From Salpingoeca rosetta (Eukaryota > Protista > Choanoflagellata), in assembly GCA_033442325.1 (NCBI GenBank), contig JAWQFM010000015.1:1088813-1115634 (forward strand): 26,822 nucleotides of DNA. Direction: 5' to 3'. Each line of letters opens with the position of its first letter. Position 1 is the first letter of the stretch. The notes under the pieces were generated by a model. The model had not been told where the DNA came from, ran no database searches, and worked only from the letters and a program-made list of their open reading frames with translations. Positions 12,113 to 26,822 of the stretch are shown here, piece after piece. A program made the position numbers and the translations under genes.

Positions 12113-13621
12113 CTATGCTCCGGCGAGTGCGGGAAGAGCGAGCGCGGCTGCAAAGCCCGTGCCGGAGACGAGAACGGCGCCAGAAAGGCCCACGGCAAAC
12201 GGTTTCCAGCCCACGCTGCGCAGGCCCGCAAACGACGTGGACATCCCCACCGCCGCCATGGCCGTGCCGAGCAGCACCCGCGAGCCCACGTCCCCGCTCA
12301 CTGTGTTGACCACCTGCCGCCACGCCTCCTTGTCGAGCAGCCCGTACGCCATGCCGGCCTCGGCCAGCGTGTAGTCGCCAATGGAGCGCGCAAGCGACAT
12401 GCTGGCAAAGCCAATCACAAACGACGGAACATACTTGCGCAGGTTGTGTGCCACCGTGTGCAGCGCTGACCTCGTGGTTGCCGTTGAGGCTGCAGCTCCT
12501 GCCGCTCCTACCGCTGCTGTTGCAGCTGCCGCTGGACCTGGCACCTTGTTACCCGCGCCACTGCTGCTACCGCTGCTGCTATTGCTGCCGTTGCCACCAT
12601 TGGTTTTGTCTGCGTAGGCCCAAGTCATGTAGGGGATCACGCCCACCAGGAGCATGTTGCGGGAGAGCTTGGTGACAACGGCTGCTTGGAACGCCACGTC
12701 GTCGGCGTAAAGCTGCTGGTATGTGAGTGCAGAGCCAACAACCTGCGCTGTGTCGTGCACAGCCAGGCCAAGGAAGATGCCCGCCTGTTCGCTGGTTGGC
12801 AGCAGCGCGTGGGCCATGTAGGGCATGAGCAGCATGTTGATGGTGCCAAACGCCACAACATTGGCCACGGCAAAGGCCGTGTCTGTCTGCGTGGCGCGGA
12901 TGGCCGGGGAGAGCGCGGAGATGGCTGTCACGCCACAGATGCTGGTCCCCGTGGCGATCAGCGCGCCCATCTTCTCCGGCAGGCCAAACGCGCGGGCGAG
13001 GCGCGGCACAGTGAGCAGGCCCACGCTCACGGCCGCCAGGGCCGCAGGCACACCGGCGGCGCCAACAGCGGCCACCTCCAGCGCAGACAGCTTCGCACCC
13101 ACGCACACGATGCCGGCCTTGAGCAGCTTGTCCTTGCAGAAGGAAATGCCAGGCCCCAGCGGCGCGGCGCGAGACCACAGCGGGCTGTTCTTAATCAGCA
13201 TGCCCATGATGATGGCCAGCGGGATGCCGGAGATGGGTGACTTGCCAGCGCCCTCAATCCCTTGCACGGCAAGCAGCACCTGTCCCAACTGGTCTGCCGC
13301 CGCAAAACCAAGCTCCATCACCGCGCCGCAGGCCACGATCCCGGGGATCGCGCGCACCACCTGCTGTTGGATGGTGGGCGCCGCAGTCGGCACTGCTTCA
13401 TCTTGTTGTTCTTCTTGTTGCTGCTGTTGCTTGGCAGACGGAGTGTGTGCTGTTTCCTGATTGTTACGACTCGACGACGCGAGCCTGTGCTGTGAAGCGA
13501 TCGTTGGTGCTGCTGCTGCTGCTGCTGCCCGTCCAGCAATAGATGCCACGACCGCCTTGTATCCTTTGTATTGGCCAGCGCTGGTCGCCAGCCGCGCTAC
13601 ACGCACACCGAGCACAAGCAT
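12113..13621 (-). CDS. YeiH/UPF0324 (putative sulfate exporter, PSE) family polytopic membrane protein, intronless, ~502 aa, with an N-terminal presequence-like extension
   Basis: Single open frame. Family motifs LAIIMGMLIKN, GISFCKDKLLKAGIVCVGAKLS, LIATGTSICGVTAISALSPAIRA, GIFLGLAVHDTAQVVG, AVVTKLSRNMLL, PSFVIGF, LLGTAMAAVGMSTSFAGLRSVGWKPF. Start placed at MLVLGVRVARLA (13621); the longer ORF start overlaps the neighbouring gene. Confidence 0.88.
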   Translation of the reverse strand: MLVLGVRVARLATSAGQYKGYKAVVASIAGRAAAAAAAPTIASQHRLASSSRNNQETAHTPSAKQQQQQEEQQDEAVPTAAPTIQQQVVRAIPGIVACGAVMELGFAAADQLGQVLLAVQGIEGAGKSPISGIPLAIIMGMLIKNSPLWSRAAPLGPGISFCKDKLLKAGIVCVGAKLSALEVAAVGAAGVPAALAAVSVGLLTVPRLARAFGLPEKMGALIATGTSICGVTAISALSPAIRATQTDTAFAVANVVAFGTINMLLMPYMAHALLPTSEQAGIFLGLAVHDTAQVVGSALTYQQLYADDVAFQAAVVTKLSRNMLLVGVIPYMTWAYADKTNGGNGSNSSSGSSSGAGNKVPGPAAAATAAVGAAGAAASTATTRSALHTVAHNLRKYVPSFVIGFASMSLARSIGDYTLAEAGMAYGLLDKEAWRQVVNTVSGDVGSRVLLGTAMAAVGMSTSFAGLRSVGWKPFAVGLSGAVLVSGTGFAAALALPALAGA

Positions 13622-13741
13622 GATGTTGGGTGAATGGTGTGGTGAATGGTGTGGTGAATGGTGGTGTGCATGAGCACTGTTGCTTTGTCTGTTGCTTCGT
13701 TGTGTGCTTTGTGTGTGCATTCCCCGAACGCAAAACTCAGA
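13622..13741. promoter_or_regulatory. Putative bidirectional promoter/5' UTR region (120 bp) between the YeiH-like and GH39 start codons
   Basis: Divergent ATGs at 13621 (-) and 13742 (+). Contains a ~3x GGTGAATGGTGT repeat. Function is inferred from geometry only. Confidence 0.5.
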
Positions 13742-19021
<5,280 letters not shown>

Positions 19022-19791
19022 AATTGGCGATGCGTATTGGGAACTTGTGCTTGTCATTTGATCTGCTCATGCCAATCCGTGTCGCTCTATCTGTGTATGT
19101 CTCTGTCTGTGTCGGTGTCGGTGTCGGTGATTGTGTCTGTGTCTGTGTCTGTGTCTGTCTGTGTGAAGGGGTCTCTTTGCAACATGTGCGTCTGCGTCTG
19201 TGCAACTGCCTGCCTGCCTGCCTTAATCTGTCTGCATGTTTGTTTGTCTCTGTGCCCATTTGTTTCCGCCACGATGCACCCAAGTTGCCTCTATCTCGAG
19301 AGCGTACATGTTGGTGTCTCTGTTTCATGCCACATGGCACAGTGTATGCAACAGCCCAAGAATACACTACGGCCGTTGGCCAGCAATCCATTCCTAGTCA
19401 GCAACCGAGAAACACCAACTCACATGCGCATGCACCGCCCACTACACCTACCCACTGACACCCATCCGTCCACTTCACGTACCCACTCAATGACACGCAC
19501 CCACTCGCGTGCGCAGTCGCTCAGTGAAAGGCCAAGGTTGTATGTGTGTCATGCAAGGTTGAAGCATCATCAGGGAGCTGGAGCTGTGGCCAAAACAACC
19601 AGCGCGCAGCCTTCCGTCAACGGTTGCGCACATGCACATGAGGGTAACAGGATGCAGGCAAGCATGGAGATGAAGACACAATGTGCAACATGTGCTGCAA
19701 CGCGGGGCAAAACTGAAGGAAGAAGTAAGATCATTGAGCGCATATTCGCCAGCACAACTAGCACTCCCATCACTCGCCACCCAACAAGGGT

Positions 19792-25362
<5,571 letters not shown>

Positions 25363-25636
25363 CGTCCTTGTGCCTCCTCTGCCTGTCTGTTTGCTTGTTT
25401 GGTCGCTCTCTCGCTGCTCTATCGTGCTTTTCTGTTTACACTCGGCTCTGCTTGCTTGCCTGCCTGTCCTTGTTGAGTGCTGAGTGTTGCTGTTGTTGCT
25501 TGGTAAATGTGTGACGACGAAGACGAATGGGGGTGAGTGTGAGGACTGCCAACACAAAACACACAAGAAGCAAGCCAAAACACAAATCGAAGGACTTGCT
25601 TGCAGGCAAGACCACGCCCAAAATCGAGGGAACAGG

Positions 25637-25850
25637 TGTAATGTACTGAATATAGAGTACTGTCCTTTTTATAGTTTTATAGACGAAAGGGGGGCCGCGT
25701 GGCTGCGTGACCCGGTGCACGTAATTCTTGATTCTCTTGTTCCACTTTGCTGAAACCAGCAAAACAAAACGTAAGCAGGAACACACTCTACCCGACGCAC
25801 TCACTCAAGAAAAAAGAGAGAGAAACTCTCTGTCAACAGATTATGAGACC
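25637..25850 (+). mobile_element. Probable 5' LTR remnant (ends TGTCAACA at 25838) followed by a primer-binding site GATTATGAGACC, copia/hemivirus type
   Basis: An LTR-like 3' end is immediately followed by a sequence complementary to a tRNA-Met anticodon arm (GTCTCATAATC), resembling the Drosophila copia and yeast Ty5 half-tRNA PBS (GGTTATG...). The segment is AT-rich with TATA-like tracts. The left boundary (TGTAAT at 25637) is tentative. No gag ORF recognised downstream. Confidence 0.55.
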
Positions 25851-25968
25851 CAAAGCTTAATCAGCACGAACGTAAGGTGAGGGTTGGTTTGTTAACTTAA
25901 ACTTGATCACAAAGCTATGTAGTGGCTGGAACGTTGCGAGGTGTTTTGTTCTTGAAGATAGAACGTAC

Positions 25969-26214
25969 TGTGTGTGCTGTGTGTTGTGTGGGAGATTGGC
26001 TTGGCAAGAGGGAGCTGTGTGTGTTTACTTGAGTTGTGAAGCAAACAAGGATTTAGGGTGAATGAACATGAGCTGAGAGACACCCTCACACATAGAAAAC
26101 TGGAGGAGAAAGAGACAAGAAAAAGCGCCCTTTTCTGGGCGCACGTACACAGAAATGTTTACAGCAGGATGTGCTGACTCAGCAAGCATTGCCACTGGAA
26201 CAGTGATGTCAACA
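25969..26214 (-). mobile_element. Probable diverged solo LTR, related to the LTR at 26377-26804
   Basis: About 90 bp (25979-26068) closely matches 26443-26532. It shares the TGTCAACA terminus (26207-26214) and is flanked by GTAC on both sides (25965-25968, 26215-26218), a possible target-site duplication. Confidence 0.55.
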
Positions 26215-26376
26215 GTACGAAGATAGCTGACAACGTGATTGTGGATGACTGACTTAGGTTGTGTGCACCTTTCGCCGTGGAGACCCGATCAAAGGCGTCT
26301 TCGTCATTTGCAACGGTGAGACACGATTGAACGAGGAAATGCCATGATAAAACACGGTGCAGAACGTGCGCGTTGG

Positions 26377-26414
26377 TGTTGAATGTTCATGGTGGTGGTG
26401 CTGTTGTTGGAGAC

Positions 26415-26449
<35 letters not shown>

Positions 26450-26822
26450 GTGTGGGAGATTGTCTTGACAAGAGGAAGTTGTGTGTGTTTACTTGAGTTG
26501 TGAAGCAAACAAGGATGTGCGATGAATGAACACTCCAACAGAAAGAAACAGAGCAGAAGACAAGAATTGTCGACAACGCAAAGTGGTGACGTGGCAGTGT
26601 TTGTTGAGAGTTGTGTGGTTATGTGGTGTGTTATGCAAGAGCATGTAACATCGAGCAACCACACAAGCTAAACACTGCACGTGCAACAGGTCGGAGGGAA
26701 ATCACGTGAACATTCCAGAACACAAGAGAGGTGAATGCAATTTGGTGGTGTCGTGAAGAAGGAGGTCAATGATGACTTCAGCAGACAGGACTTGTCTGTC
26801 AACACTCCCCCGCATTGACCTA
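26377..26822 (-). mobile_element. 3' LTR (~428 bp, 26804->26377) plus polypurine tract of a Ty1/copia-type retrotransposon whose body lies to the right of the window
   Basis: The minus strand reads ...ATGCGGGGGAG|TGTTGACA...TTCAACA: a copia-style PPT abutting TGTTG, with TGTTGA/TCAACA inverted termini. The left boundary could alternatively be 26405. Confidence 0.7.

Noticed and set aside
12159-13673. Long plus-strand ORFs antisense to the YeiH-like gene
   Set aside because: Shadow ORFs from GC-rich codon usage, with no recognisable motifs.
25837-25849. Possible tRNA-Met gene on the minus strand
   Set aside because: Only the anticodon arm matches, with no D arm, T arm or acceptor stem. It is better explained as a PBS.
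25916-26376. ~70-codon minus-strand frame formed if the putative solo LTR is removed
   Set aside because: No recognisable gag, pol or other motif, and the length is compatible with chance.

Overview
Eukaryotic, gene-dense, intron-rich DNA with (GT)n/(GTCT)n microsatellites in most introns. The style and gene content point to a choanoflagellate, most likely Salpingoeca rosetta (inference, not verified). Most ORFs in the supplied track are microsatellite artefacts (VCVC/HTHT). Splicing by hand gives six genes. (1) A minus-strand Mutator-like (MULE) DDE transposase fused to three C2H2 zinc fingers, with three tandemly duplicated mini-exons and a 1-nt frameshift in the catalytic exon; it runs off the left edge. 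(2) An ARHGAP1/p50RhoGAP-like BCH+RhoGAP gene, 15 exons. (3) A fungal HIS2-type PHP histidinol-phosphatase, 4 exons. (4) An intronless YeiH/UPF0324 (putative sulfate exporter) membrane protein with a mitochondrial-like presequence. (5) A secreted GH39 glycosidase about 120 bp head-to-head with gene 4; one part lies in an assembly gap. (6) An adhesion GPCR with two bacterial PPC/collagen-binding-like domains, Thr stalks, an HRM-like domain, GAIN/GPS and 7TM. The last ~1.2 kb is a nest of copia-type LTR remnants: a half-tRNA-Met primer-binding site, a probable solo LTR, and a 3' LTR with polypurine tract. There are two 100-N gaps. All exon models are manual and lack RNA support.
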